From assembly GCA_951406725.2 (NCBI GenBank), contig OX597820.1, forward strand, positions 12,214,001 to 12,278,000: a DNA stretch of 64,000 nucleotides, in the 5' to 3' direction. Shown one piece after another: positions 39,109-53,287 of this stretch; position 1 is the stretch's first letter; each line of letters begins with the position of its first letter. The position numbers were made by a program, and so were the translations under genes. Origin of the DNA: Octopus vulgaris (lineage: Eukaryota). A model generated the notes under the pieces. The model saw nothing but the letters and a program-made list of their open reading frames with translations. It did not search any database and was not told where the DNA came from.

Positions 39109-40964
39109 GAGAACATAGAATAACGAGGTCTTTGTTAGGATATCACATATTTATCACATTAGTTCAAATATTACATGCAAACACAGTCATGCACTATTTG
39201 ACATATATACCTACGCATATACATATATAGCTTACTGAGTTGATGAGGACAAGTTTCATGACTTTTTATTGTGGGCTCCTAGACTGACAGGAGGAAGCGA
39301 ATTATTTATAATCTCACTGGACACCTGATCGGAATGCATACATTAAAATGAATGCCTTTAAAGTCACACAAAGACGAGGTGCTGTGAGACTGGGCAATTG
39401 GATAAATCTATGAAGTAAATTCTAACACAGTCCTTGCGAAGGAATATACAAAGTTCCAAGGCTATAATAGAAAACACTTTCCCAAGCTGCTGCTGTATCC
39501 AGCTAGTTCGTAGTTTAGAACAAAATTCGTAGTTTAGATCAAAGTTATTTCATACATACATTTACACATACATGTACACGCACATGCTCATTTATGTATT
39601 TGTGTGCTTATAAATATGTATGTATATATTTGTCTTATTAGCGTGTAACCTTATGCAAACATTTCTAATAAATTGATATTTTCTTCTCAAAATAAGGAAA
39701 CAAAACTCTTGCAATATTCCCTAGTTTTTCGCATGTTTCAGGCGAAACCGAATTGTGATAAGGGCGGACAGTAACCACACGTGGCATGTTTCCATCTCAC
39801 TGAACCTCATCAGCAGGGCAGAGACAACAGACAACTGCTTGATGAATAAACAACTTCTTACATTATTCATATCTTCAACTTAAGTACATCCTCCTGTTAG
39901 TTGATCAAGCGGGTTAGGGTTAGGGTTTCGCTTACGACATCAAACAGATTGAAGCACGCACATTATTGTTAATGTTCTGCCGACAAAGAAGAGATTTTCA
40001 ATTAAGCATGGAAAGTTATGTTTCGTTATTAATTTATTGAATATTTTCCCTCATTTGTTTGGGTGTCGCCATGTTTGCAACAAGATTTTGGTTTTTTTCT
40101 TCAAATAAGAGGATAATGTCAATTCCTTAAAAAGTTTTGTGCATAGAAAATATTGTTTCCCTTATGCATTATGCTAGTGAAAAAAAATAGAATGTCTTTT
40201 AATGAATTTAATGTTGAACTGTTTACTCTGTTAAACATATTCCGCAATGTATAGGAAAGATGTATGATATGTGTAAAGAAGAGGATGATTGACAGAGTGT
40301 CTAGATGATAATAAATCTATCTTCAAAACAGGAATACTATAGCAAGTTTCAATTCAGGGTGTTAGTAAGCAAACATACAAATTCTCTTTCTTAAGATCAC
40401 AGGAGGGTAAATATGTTAATCGATCCAGAAAATTGGCGTAAATATGTTTTAGATTAGATTTGGAGCTTGATATTGAATTATCACTGACTGGCCTTCAGGG
40501 ATGCCTTACTGGTAGGATTTAAATGAAAAACGCTTGGCTATTATGTAGTAGGTGTGAACATACTATAAGTTACATTAATGCGTTAATTTATAAATTTATA
40601 AGCTGAAATTATTTCATTTAATCTATTCATTTATTTTCTTATTTTATATAAATCTAAATTGTTTAACCACCCGGCATGATGCTTCTTGCCAAATCTTCAA
40701 AGTAGACAATTTATCATCATTTACAGGGAAATGATTTCAGGAAGTTTCATAACAGTCTTAAACGTTTAACTCAATAGAAACAATTCCACGCTTTTAAATA
40801 TATGTAAGATGAACGTTCTAATGTAATAAAATAGCTGTTAACCGGGAGTTTCATCCAAACAATTATGTAATTTGTAGTTATGTTAATTACCTGTCTGTCA
40901 GTGTATAACAGGGTTCGTAAAACACTGAAAAAAAATCTTTCCTAATCTTTCCTCTTTGCGCCTC

Positions 40965-41280
40965 AGGAGGTGCAATGGCCCAGTGGTTAGGGCAGCGGAC
41001 TCGCGGTCGAAAGATCGCGGTTTCGATTCCCAGACCGGGCGTTGAGTGTGTTTATTGAGCGAAAACACCTAAAGCTCCTCGAGGCTCCGGCAGGACGTGG
41101 TGGTGACCCTTGTACTCTTTGGCCCCAACTTTCTCTTACTCTTTCTTGCTGTTTCTTGAGTAACACTGCGATGGACTGGTGTCTCGTCCAGCTGGGGGGA
41201 ACACATACGCCACAGAAACCGGGAGACCGGGCCCATGAGCCTGGCTAGGCTTGAAAAGGGCGCATAAATAAAAAAAAAAA
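40965..41280 (+). mobile_element. SINE family C (clear tRNA head) with V-like tail and poly-A
   Basis: TGGCCCAGTGG A-box, GGTTTCGATTCC B-box; tail CTGCGATGGACTGGTGTCTCGTCCAG; approximate TSD AATC(T/C)TTCCTCT. Confidence 0.85.
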
Positions 41281-42378
41281 TCCTTCCTCTGGTTAGTAAC
41301 ATCTTTTTAGTTCGTGCGTCCCAAACCCAACGAGGTCAAGTTTATGTGTGTATTCAGTATCGTTACGTCAGAAAGAAAATAATTATCATGAATAAAATAA
41401 ATAGCGAAATATTAGCTTCTCGTACAAAGATTTGTGGTTGGTGGTTGGAAATTATGTTAATTTATATTATATTGCGTTTTATTTTTAGTGTTTAGTTTAT
41501 TTTTATTGCTTTGCTTTCCATAATATTAGTCTCATTCTCAAAGTAAATGTACTATAGTCATTAGAACCAGTTTTGGCAATCTATGACGTAAGATTAAAAA
41601 GTAATGGATAACTATATAAATAAATGATATTTTTCTACTATTTGGATTTATGTAGGATATATTTAGGAGTTTAATACGATATAGGCCACAAGATACTGAA
41701 ATTTTTGCGATGTGTAGCATCTTTTTGATAAGGTCATAAACTGTACAACTTATTTAGAAATGTGTTCGTTTTCGCTGTTTGTAGGAAAAATAAGGACAGT
41801 ATATACCCCCAAATATCCAAACAGAAATTGGATAAACTGACCTACAATAATTATTCACATGGGTTAATTATCTAAATTAGAAGAGAATACTGAAAAATAG
41901 AAAATTAGAATTACAATTGTTTTTCTTTTCCTATTTTTCGAGCATTTTTATGATACTCAAGCTCACTTGTTTTCTAAATTCCATGAATGCAACAATTCTC
42001 ATTCTTTATTTCCCATCAGTATCTTTCTGAAAATAGCTGATGGAAAATACAAAAATAAGGAATTGTTTGTAAAAATTATAAAACTCCAACAACAAATGCT
42101 TATTTCCACCTCAGCTGGACCTACCCAGTGTAATGCCGAACCTTATTTGAAACAAGATTCTACCGTAAATTTTAAATTCTTCTCTTTCTGTAAGCCTCAG
42201 CATCGTCCCTGGCGACTGTCATCAGAAAATATCAAGAGTATATTTACGCTGCACTATAGCCCAAACTTGGAATCAAGAGAAAATAGTGCGAGCGGAAAAG
42301 TTTCCGAGTACATACATACATACAAACTATACATGTGTACACACAAAGATATATACATAAATACATACATACATTCAC

Positions 42379-42676
42379 GCACTCCATCAGTTACGATGAT
42401 GAGAGTTCCAGTTGATCCGATCGTGAAATTAACATGCCAGTGGCTGAACACTCCAGACATGTGTACCCTTACGTGGTTCTGAGGAAAATTCACTGCGACA
42501 CGGAATGTGATAAGATTGGTCCTTTAAAATACAGGTACTACTTATTTTTTCCAGCTGAGTTGACTGCAGCAGCATGGAATAAAGTGTGTTGCTCAAGGTC
42601 ACAATGCGTCGTCGGCAATCGAACTCACGACCTTACGAGTGTGAGCCAAATACCGTAACCACTAAACCTCGGGCCT
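42379..42676 (-). mobile_element. SINE family D (tail Y)
   Basis: Colinear with 24131-24436. Confidence 0.78.
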
Positions 42677-43239
42677 TTACTCGTACATATATACATACTT
42701 ATCGTTGTCTCAGAGACAATATCTCTCATTTGAAGTACCAGTGCCGATAGCGATGTTTGGGATATTTCACTAGTCTCTTTGAAGCCCCAACAAAATTAAA
42801 TACTGGTCCTATAAAAATGAAGTGAATAAGACTGCGGATCGATAGTGAACTCCTTTAGAAGCATTCAGTTGCTGATGACCGTCTACGACTTAGAAATGCA
42901 ACGTTAGCACATCTCGGTAACAGTGAAATACAACCACTCTGTTTACATCAAAACGTTATGCATAGGTGTATTTCCTGTAAATTTGAAGAGGCTACCCCTA
43001 TTAACATGAAGTGTAGTCTGACATGACGCGTGACTGCTATATTACGTCACTCGAAGGTTATCCAAGAGCAGGAGATAGCTATGAAATACCGACTCAAAGC
43101 TATGAAATGCCGACGCAAACACAAATACCGATTTGGTCACTATTCAGTAAAGAGCATAACATATATAATCCCTATTTGCTACTAAAATATCGGTCAAGAT
43201 AGAACCTTCCAACGCAGAAACGTGTGTCCGTGTATAAAT

Positions 43240-43544
43240 CACCGTGAGCACCGTGACCAACCAGATGTTGCTACACATCGCTGGTCACAATGCGAAGCGC
43301 ATTGTCTTTTAGCCTTCAAATGACGCCACCCCGCTGGCTAAGCGAGCAGGCCAACAGAAGAAAGGCTGAGAGAAATTTGTGGCAAAAGAGTACAGCAGGG
43401 ATGGCCTCCCCTCTGCCGGAGCTTTGTAGAGCTTTAGGTGTTTTCGCTCAATAAACACTCACAACGCCCGGTCTGGGAATCGAAACCGCGATCCTACGAC
43501 CGCAAGTCCGCTGCCCTAACCACGGGGCTATAGCGCCTCCACCA
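43240..43544 (-). mobile_element. SINE family C head with a different tail (tail X); 10-bp TSD
   Basis: GTGTATAAAT at 43230-43239 and 43545-43554; first ~130 bp match 40965-41095. Confidence 0.85.
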
Positions 43545-44399
43545 GTGTATAAATACAAACAGTATATATTTTATTGTTCACTTACATGCACCAACACAAG
43601 GAATATTGGGAGAACATTCCCATCAAAACGTCTGTCAGGTGCTAACATAACAGGCCTGAGATATGCATTTGGAACTGGAAGAAATGTTATATACAGTCAT
43701 GTAGGTTAGGTGCTCTGCCGATATGAACATATCTTCGAAAATTGGTGAGAAGGAGAATATTTAAAGTCAACCGCTTCGAGATCCACAGATCTTATCTAAT
43801 AATTATAATTCACATTGATACTATTAACCATTGGTACACTTGTTTAGGTTAGTAAATATCTAAACGACAATCTGGGAAAAAAAAAGATACTGGTTAACAC
43901 GCACTTTACATATACAATTTAAACGAAACGGTAAAGAAAAAAAAAGCAGGGTCTTACTAAAATTCAGTATGTAACAATTATTGCAGTTGTTATCCAAATT
44001 CCAATGTTAGAGCTTTGTTTTATTGTTAGAAATCAAATTCCTCCCTTGCAGGGAAAATACTAACAGATACTAGAAAATACTAACAAAATACATGTACAAA
44101 CATACGTGTGTGTTTTTATGTGTGTTAATGCTATTATAGAGATATTATTGATTGGGCAGCAATGCATCATATTATAGCATATTATTAATTTTCCATGTTT
44201 GAAACCCTCGTATCTATTGTTACTTTCGTATCATAACCCATGTTCATTCCATTGATTACTACAATTTACAACCATCATAATAGAATTTATAGTAAAGGTT
44301 TCTAAACCGTTATGCTTTTTTTTCAATTCCAATATTGTAATGTTTAAATAATACTTGCAGCTGACCTCGAACTCGTCCGAATTGATTCATGCCTAATAT

Positions 44400-44542
44400 G
44401 ATATAATACAAAATGTAGTATAACGTAATATAATATAATATAATATAATATGATATAATATAATATAATATAATATAATATGATATAATATAATATAATA
44501 TAATATAATGTAATATAATGTAATATAATATAATATATAATA
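44400..44542. repeat. (TAATA)n pentanucleotide repeat
   Basis: Direct reading. Confidence 0.9.
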
Positions 44543-44579
44543 CAATACATGCATACGACCACGTGAATTCTAAAAGCTT

Positions 44580-47070
44580 TGCGTTATTTCTTATGGCTCT
44601 TCATACTGTGCGTTCAAATCCAAATCAATTCTGGTATATAAAAGTGGAACTCATAGGGAAGACACTCCAAACCAGGCGATTAACAATGTGTGCCATTGTC
44701 CATCACCCATTGTTTCCCGTATGTCCGTGGCTGCTGTCAGCTTTTAGCAACACTCTGCTCTCTTGCCGAAAGTTGCGGTAGGCGTTACAGGTAGGCATTG
44801 AAATGCATTCTGCGTTCGGGTTTGTGATACGCCTCAAATGGTCAACCAAAGTGCTGCTGAAAGGCTTTACGCATTTGCTTGGGGTTACACGTAACATGCG
44901 TCCATTATGGTGCATTAAAAACCGAATTGTAACTTTGTTTCCACATTGCACCTCCTCTACTAAGGTCCATCGAACGGCTTTCATCCACCCGTGTCTTAGA
45001 GCTTGCACATTATCTCTGACAAAACAGGTTTTGTACCTCACGCTGAAAGATTAGCCGAAGGACATTCACACCGCGAATACGTCGATTGCAATGTCTGCTA
45101 AGCGCCTCTTCTAAGCTTCTAAGTTTTCCATTGTTCCATTTTCCCAATCACTACAATTTTACTAAACCGAAACGATTCTATTTTAATCACTCTTTTCAGA
45201 ACGAAACACCATTTATTGATGATGATTACCTCCATCATCATCAGCATTACTTATTCTTTCACCCACTTTCTAGATTAACAAATCAATCATGCAGGGAGGG
45301 ACGCGTTCAGCTTCAAGTCACTGGCTCCCTGCCTACGAACCTGTCAAGGTTGACCGTACGGGTGATTATTTGCGGTCTGTGTACAACTCATGCCATCTCT
45401 GTCTATTGGCCCTTTAAATAGCTGTGTAGATACGATCTAGATGTTGATTGTCCACATTAACACATTCGGGAAATTCAGTTGAAAATTGTCAGGTAATTGG
45501 AAACATATGAACTGGTCTGTGAGGCTTTTGTCCTCCCGTCTCTTATCGGCCAGTCCCACACAGACCTTGCGTGCATCCAGGATACGGTTCCAATCAATCA
45601 TTAGTACTAAAGAGCGGGCGTTCCAAATAAAGACTCAAAACCCTGAAGAAATTCTCACATGCATTTATACTGCCTATTGTGAGTTTGGAGGAGGCATTGA
45701 GATGAAAAAAATATCTTATTTCAGTGGAAGGACATGTGTTCCGTCCTTCCGATTATATATGCTATAAAGCATTTCTTTATAGTCTTTATTGTATTTATTT
45801 ATAGTTCCCCGAAATCTCCTGCTCCCTTCATCTAATTTGTTTTCAATTTGTTGTAGGTTTCCTCTGTTGTTTGTGTTATGCTTATACGATTAGGGATGTT
45901 ATGTGTTGTGACGTATTGATTGTGATTAGTGTTTGTGCACTGATGTATTCGTTTCATTAAGTCCTTGCTATTTGTGTCTATGGCCGTATAATTGATGAAA
46001 GGTTTTCTGTTTGTTCGGCTTGGAGAAGCTGTTCCTGTAGGTGTGGATTGAAGTGCGTTTCCATTTGCTTTGTTGTAATATTTGGCGGTGTTTTTAGTGC
46101 TGGAAATGTTTCTAGCTGTGTCTAGCTGTGTCTAGCTGTGTCTAGCTGCATTTGTGATGTCAGTGTGTAATTGCTTGTCGCTTTCTCTATCGCTCCCTAT
46201 GAGCTGTTCATTTTTATCTGGTGCAACGCATTTCATTTTCCACTTTTATTTCTCTTCCTCTTCGTAGTTATCCTTTATGATGATTCTTTCGAATTGATTT
46301 CCTTGGGAGGTGAGTTTTTGCAGCCGGAGAAATGTCTCCAGCTGCGTGGAAGGGATATCTTTGTAGCTTGGTTGATTGATGAGGGTGAAATGTTTTGGGG
46401 TTTTGGTGGTGTTGCTGGTATATTTTCTGGGATGTAACGTTGAAGTCTACTGCTATTGCTGTTTACTGTATTTCTCTTATTTATCCCATTTAGTGCTGCC
46501 TATCTTGATAATGCTACTCTTGGTGCTGTTGATGTCGATAATACTGCTGAATTTTTGCTGACACTGAGCAGTAACGAAGGCGTTGGCAGCAGAGGAGGTC
46601 TTTATTCATGGAGCGCTTATGTAGTTTGCATCCCCACATAAACGGCATATTTTCTCTCCTCAGCTATAATGAAAAGCCGAAAGTCATTTGAGAGATTGAT
46701 ATGATCATGGATGGTCCCAATATTTTCTTGGTCTCTTTCAATTAATAGTTATATCCATGTGTTTCACTTAGATTCTGTTGCCAGTAAATACACTCGCAGA
46801 ATACTCGTATTGTTATTTTTCTATGTCGTATATTACCACCTACACAACCAAGGAAATATCTGCTTCAGATTTTACCTTAATTCTTTATATTTTTATCACT
46901 CTCCGACCAAGGTACGTTGTAATCAGAAGCAGTTCGACAATTTTTAGTGTTGTTGAATTTTCCTTCGCTTCCCCTTCTGTTTGAAACCACCTCAACTGTG
47001 CTGTATGATTTTTACTTGAAACTGATTTTTAGTTACTTGTCAGCGTGAGCGAGCGTCACTCGCTCAAGCC
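44580..47070 (-). mobile_element. Decayed Tx1/L1-clade LINE (ORF1, APE, start of RT), 3'-truncated
   Basis: Minus peptides in order: CRLCGDAN zinc knuckle (~46640), DWNRILDA and KLN (APE end), IINKW..LKRVIK, ORF 44703-45041, SPGLECLPYEF (cf. KSPGLDGLPYEFY). Confidence 0.7.
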
Positions 47071-47579
47071 ACATTCTTTTGAGTCTAATACATGTGGTGT
47101 AATACATGTGTATGGTATTAATTTACTGTAGATTTTGCTTGAATTTGCTGCAATGTATTTAGGCATATTGTCCTACCGTTTTTGATAAGATGTGTTTTTA
47201 CACTTTTCCTTAGTTCTTCTGGTAGTAGAACAGATTATTATTTTCTGCAAACATTTTTAAAGTCATTTCAACTTTGTTTGCAATAGTCGCTGCTTACCAC
47301 GTTTATAGTATTTATTTTTTTGCTAGAAGAGGCATAAATCATGTTAAATTCAATGTTTTTTCATCGTTGTCACTGTAGTTATTGGTGTTATAGCTATTGT
47401 CTTTCGTACATTGTCTTTTAGTACTATTAGGTGGCGATGGGTAACTATTTTCATAGTGGCTCTTCCAAGAGTAAGTTCCTCCCCAATTTGAAGAGCCATG
47501 CCGATTTCTTTCAAATATGTAACATAGCAATCAAAAGTTACAACAACAATAACAACAACAACAAAAACAACAGTAATAA

Positions 47580-47723
47580 TTGTTTCAAATTTTGGCATAA
47601 AGCCAGCATGTTCAGCGGAGGTGGAATCGATCTCGGCGAAATTTGAATCTAGAATGTAAAGACGTTCGAAATGCCGCTAAGCGTTATGCCCTACGCAGTA
47701 ACGACTCCGCCAGCTCTCCGCCT
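47580..47723 (-). mobile_element. SINE family A, internally deleted
   Basis: CTCGGCGAAATTTGAA...CCGCCAGCTCTCCGCCTT. Confidence 0.7.
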
Positions 47724-48238
47724 TAACGACGATGACGCCAACAACAAGAACAACAACATTAACTACTACAACAACAATAGTTATTATCACAATCAACCTT
47801 GCGTGAAACTGTAGTGAATGAAAATAAAATAATATAGAAAATAATAGAAATATATTTACTGTATTCAAATATTTGGTATGCCATAATTTTTTCTAGTTAC
47901 GCATATATATGTTTGTGTGTGTGAGTGTGTGTGTGTGTGTTGATGTGTGTGTGTATGTGTGTGTGTGTGTTTGTGTTGATGTGTGTGTATGTGTGTTGAA
48001 AATGTACATTTACAAACGTCTACTGAGACAAGCCAGTAATATAAAACTTTACACAGAAATAAATGCGCGCACCCTCACACACATACACCCACATATATAA
48101 AGATTAAATTTACTTAATGCGTTTGCCTAGAATTAATGTTACGAATTCCATCAATAACGCAATCCTTAAGTGATGTAGGAACCGACCTACTTGTATATTG
48201 ATTCGGTTCAATAAAATAATTTATAAACATACAGTTAC

Positions 48239-48601
<363 letters not shown>

Positions 48602-50369
48602 CGCGCGGTTGTGTGTTGATATATTCGTATGCATACCAAAAATGTGCATACATCAGCTTTCTGATATCTGCGTGTTTTTCTATAATTATCATTAGCCAAT
48701 ATTTGTTATAAAATTGAATTGTTCTGTACTTCAGTATTTTATTTCAATCCGTTAGTGAAACAATATGTATATTTTAATGTGATTAATATGTCACGTGCTA
48801 AAATACATTTCGATAACGTTATTCTAAATTCGTTTTGCCTTGTTCTTAGTAATTCTTAACTGATCCATATTCTTAATAAAATTAAATATGAAACTCAATG
48901 TTGCACATTACGAAGCTTGCTGAAGTACAATGTAGACATAGAGTTTTAGGAATGATGAAATTTTCTTTATCGATAGATTTATGAGTATATATACATGCTA
49001 CCCAGGCGGTAGTACAGACCATTGAAGGATTCGCCCAGAAGGACTTCAAGAACAAATACAACAACAAAAACCTAGGGCTGTTGCTTGTTCTAAAGGGGCA
49101 CAGTTGTATGGAACGACATTGCAACATATGCACTTCAAAAAATATCATCCCGTCTGCATTGCCGAAAGCTAGCCAAGAGGCCCAACAACCTCTTAATCAT
49201 AACCGGCAGAGAAAATGCTATAACTATAGCGATAATAGCAGAGAGTGAACAAAGAAGTTGTCGCTACCTCATAATAGTGCCACCCAACCACGTATGAGAA
49301 TGGGGGTCCTGACGATGGTAAACAGAGGTCAGTATATTACCCAAACAAATAAAAGGTAATAAACTTTTGCAATAAGATTTTTCAAATATCACAAAGAGAA
49401 AATTTCCATTGACGAGGAATTCCTATGTCAGACAGTTATATCCTTAGAAGAGGAAGAGAAGTCTTTTACTATTTAGGAGGAGTCCACTTCTGTGAAAGTA
49501 GCATCTGTCGCGTGAATACCTCTTTTTGAATAAAAATGAAGTTCACATCCCATCGCAAGGCTAAGAAGGATCTAGTAGATCACCTGCATAAAATTTGCTG
49601 ATAATTTCAGAGCGAAGCGGAGATCAACGAAGTGGTAAAATCACACATCAATATCAATACAATCTATATAAGGGTGTCTTTTAATGAGGGAACACATCTT
49701 ATTTATATTATTTGTAATTTATTCGTTATCGAGTTCTTGTTCCAGCACGAGTTACTTGCGTTTTTAGTTCATGTGTCAGTGTTTGTGTATGAAAGTTCAA
49801 AATGTAACTATGAGGTGAAAATGAAAGACGTAGAATATGCATACTTATCCCCTGCTCATATGCATGAATGCATGGACAAACACAAACATACAAACATATA
49901 TACAAAAACACCCGTTCAAAGTAACTTACGGACTGAAAATGATAATATGAAGTGAAAAAAGTAATATAAAATGTAAAGAAAGCCCATAATAACGTATACT
50001 TGTTCAAATGACCTGAGAAAAATGTTTAAGTAAAACGGATGAACCTACACACCCGGACATGCAGTCACACATTGAATCACATATCAAATCATGTACATAT
50101 GAGCACGCTTGTTATTTTGATTATAAAGGAACTTAAGCCATATCACCTGGAAATTAATGCTCTTTCATAATTTGTGACTTATGCCTTTGATAGATTTCTG
50201 TACAATGACAAGCTCGGATTAATTTAAAATCCTTTGATTTAAATCCTAATTTAAAATCCCAACGTTGGACAAGTGTCAGTCCTACACATGCTTCAACACC
50301 AGTTTATTATATTTCATGTCGATGTTCTCGATTGTCTCTCGCCTCTCATGAAAAGTAAATGAAATGATT

Positions 50370-50620
50370 GCTTCAAATTGTGACACAAAGCCAGCAGTTT
50401 TAGTGAAAGGAGTTAATCGATTTTACCGACCTCAGTACTTAACTGATATTTATTTATTGACTGCAGTCTGTCGTGGACTGCCTTGAAGCCTTGCCTAAGA
50501 GCATGAGAATACAAGATTATGGCTGGGATTTGAATCTCTGATGTGGTGAATGTAAACACTAAAACACGGTAGAAATACTGCAATGTCTTACGTTCGGCAC
50601 TTTAATAATTCGCCCTGAAA
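50370..50620 (-). mobile_element. SINE family A, heavily decayed
   Basis: TTCAAATTGTGACACAAAGCCAGCA tail, CCGACCTCAGTACTTAACTG, GATTTGAATCT. Confidence 0.5.
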
Positions 50621-50753
50621 TGGTGAATTATCGATTGTGAAAGGCTGCTGAAAGGGAAAAGTATTTGAAAATACGTATTTGAAAAAAGTATTTGAAAATA
50701 CACGGCGTATTTGAAAAACTGCATGCAAACTTATTCAGTATTATTATATTCAG

Positions 50754-51143
<390 letters not shown>

Positions 51144-51754
51144 CGTACATATATATATATATTTATCTGTATATCTGTGGGTGTGTTTCTGTGTACGTGT
51201 GATTATGCGTATATGCATGCACATGCACACATTATCGAATTCTGCATGTATGTAAATATGCAGACACTTGAGGTCACTTGCTTGGAATCGACACCAATTT
51301 ACAAACCGATTCACAGTCTCCCTTCTGTCATCGTACCGTTGAACAATGAACTACTAACGAGCTACATCTACATAATGTTGGCTACCTGGCCACTTCAGTG
51401 TTTCAATGCTGATTGAAGCGAGAAATAATTGGAACCATATATCGTTCCGAAACAATATCAGAAAATTTGTTTCCAAATCCTTTCCATTTCTGTCGCATAC
51501 TCAATACACATAGCAAACAAGGTAATCTTTAATTAAAGATTTTAGAATTGACTTGTTAAATATTTGCACGAAACAGATGTTGTAACAAATTGGTACATGC
51601 GTATACATAACTTTATTTAGACATAGATATATTCATGCATAGAGCTTTCGACTTTTTCTCTGACCCCTTAATCTATAAGCTATCTTTATAGCTTCATCTA
51701 CTTCGACTTTCACCGCTAAGTAACTTATTATAATTGAGAACAGTCTATGCTATT

Positions 51755-52283
51755 AGAGTGACTCGGGGTACAAATATACGTAGCCCAATATACCTATCAT
51801 GACTACCCGTCTGATAAGGATACACCAGGCACATGCGTCACAACGACTATGTGCGCGACATGGTAGTTTCATATTGAGATAAACATCACATGGCCTTGTA
51901 GGTGGGCCCAGTTAGAATTTCTTTTAAGTCCAGTAGCTCATCCCGCTCCAAAGGTTCCTGAATTAGGGCTGTTTAAAGATATGGAACGAAACACGTTTCC
52001 ACGTTTGCAAAGGTGAGTTATTCAAACCCAACTAAATCCCTTTCAACACATGGCTATGATGCTCCTCTACTACTTCTACTCAGGATCAAAGACAGAGATA
52101 TTAACAGCCACTAAGAGACATGCTCATTTGGTTAAGGTTAAGCAAAAGACAAGCAAATCTGTGGTACTGAGCAGAATATTTGCTGTAGCACATAATTTTT
52201 ATACCAAAACAAAACATGTACATGATAACACTTCCAATCAGTTCAGACCAGAAGCCATGAGTGCCAGTACCTGATACTGCATT
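51755..52283 (-). mobile_element. Probable R4/Dong LINE 3' UTR copy 1
   Basis: Homologous to 52320-52778, which adjoins Dong coding sequence. Confidence 0.6.
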
Positions 52284-52319
52284 ATAGTTATTTTTATTAT
52301 AAATATTGTTATAATTGAC

Positions 52320-53189
52320 TGAGAAAGCAGTGCATGCCATCAAAGTGACACAGGGGTAAAATGTACGAAGCCCAGTATACCCATCAACACTACCAGTCTG
52401 ATAAAGGTATACCAGGCACATGCATCACAACCATATGTACGCGACAGAGTGATCTCATATTAAGATAAACAGCACATGACCTTGCAGGTGGGGCTCAGTT
52501 AGAATTTTCTTCAGGTCGAGTAGCCCATGCCGATGAAGAGGTCACTGAATATGGGTTGTTTAAGGACTTTGAACGAAACACCCCCCACTATTTCTGCTCG
52601 GGATCAAAGACGCACATATCGTCAGCCACTAAGGAAAATGCTCAACTGGTTATGGTCAAGCAACTGACAAGCAAATCTGTGGTACTGGACAGAATATTTG
52701 CTGTAGCTCATCTTTTATACCAAGACAAAACAATGTACATGATAACATTTCCAATTAGTTAATATGTGAAGCTATGATTTTTGCATCCGTTTGGTTTCAG
52801 CACAAGACATCCCGAGACGAGATGGTCTAATGTTTCTTCAAATGTATCGCAGAATATTCATTTAGGGTCAGAACCGTTTTGAACGACGTTAGCCCAGTAG
52901 TGACTGGTAATCAAGCTTTGATCTTCTGCCACGAATATGAAACCTTCTGCCTCTGCTTTTGGTTCTGAGCTTCTCAGATACTGATAGGTTGTTGCTTGGT
53001 CTACATCAGCATTTCGTCTTCGAAGTATATACTGTCCACGCAGAGGCTTCTGGTTCCACTCTCCTCAATTTGTTTATGCCCGTTCTTTTTTGCAGTCTGA
53101 TCCGTTTTGATTTTTTTGTGGTGGTGGTTTCAGGTTCTTCATCTGCTTCAGGGTTAATGTCAAGTTCCATTGCGAATTTGCAAGCTTCC
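52320..53189 (-). mobile_element. R4/Dong-clade LINE fragment (post-RT CCHC region joined to 3' UTR)
   Basis: Minus peptide WNQKPLRGQY...DVDQATTYQYLRSSEPKAEAEGFIFVAEDQSL...DPK*IFCDTFEETLDHLVSGC, diagnostic of R4/Dong. Confidence 0.85.
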
Positions 53190-53286
<97 letters not shown>

Positions 53287-53287
53287 T
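53190..53287. repeat. (TTA)n array, tail and target of Dong
   Basis: Pure trinucleotide run; source of the poly-Leu ORF. Confidence 0.95.

Noticed and set aside
39778-39822. Minus-strand CTGATGAG...GAAAC hammerhead-like core
   Set aside because: Stem II pairs poorly and there is no NUH triplet or stem I.
39911-39926. GGGTTAGGGTTAGGG telomere-like motif
   Set aside because: Only about 2.5 units; too short to call an interstitial telomere or G-quadruplex.
40968-41040. tRNA-like sequence with A and B boxes
   Set aside because: Head of a SINE: no proper acceptor stem, continues into SINE body and poly-A, second copy at ~43470-43540.
41967-42482. 171-aa ORF
   Set aside because: No recognisable domain; runs through a microsatellite into an antisense SINE.
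50661-50717. Four GTATTTGAAAA repeats
   Set aside because: Short local slippage next to a decayed SINE, no further structure.
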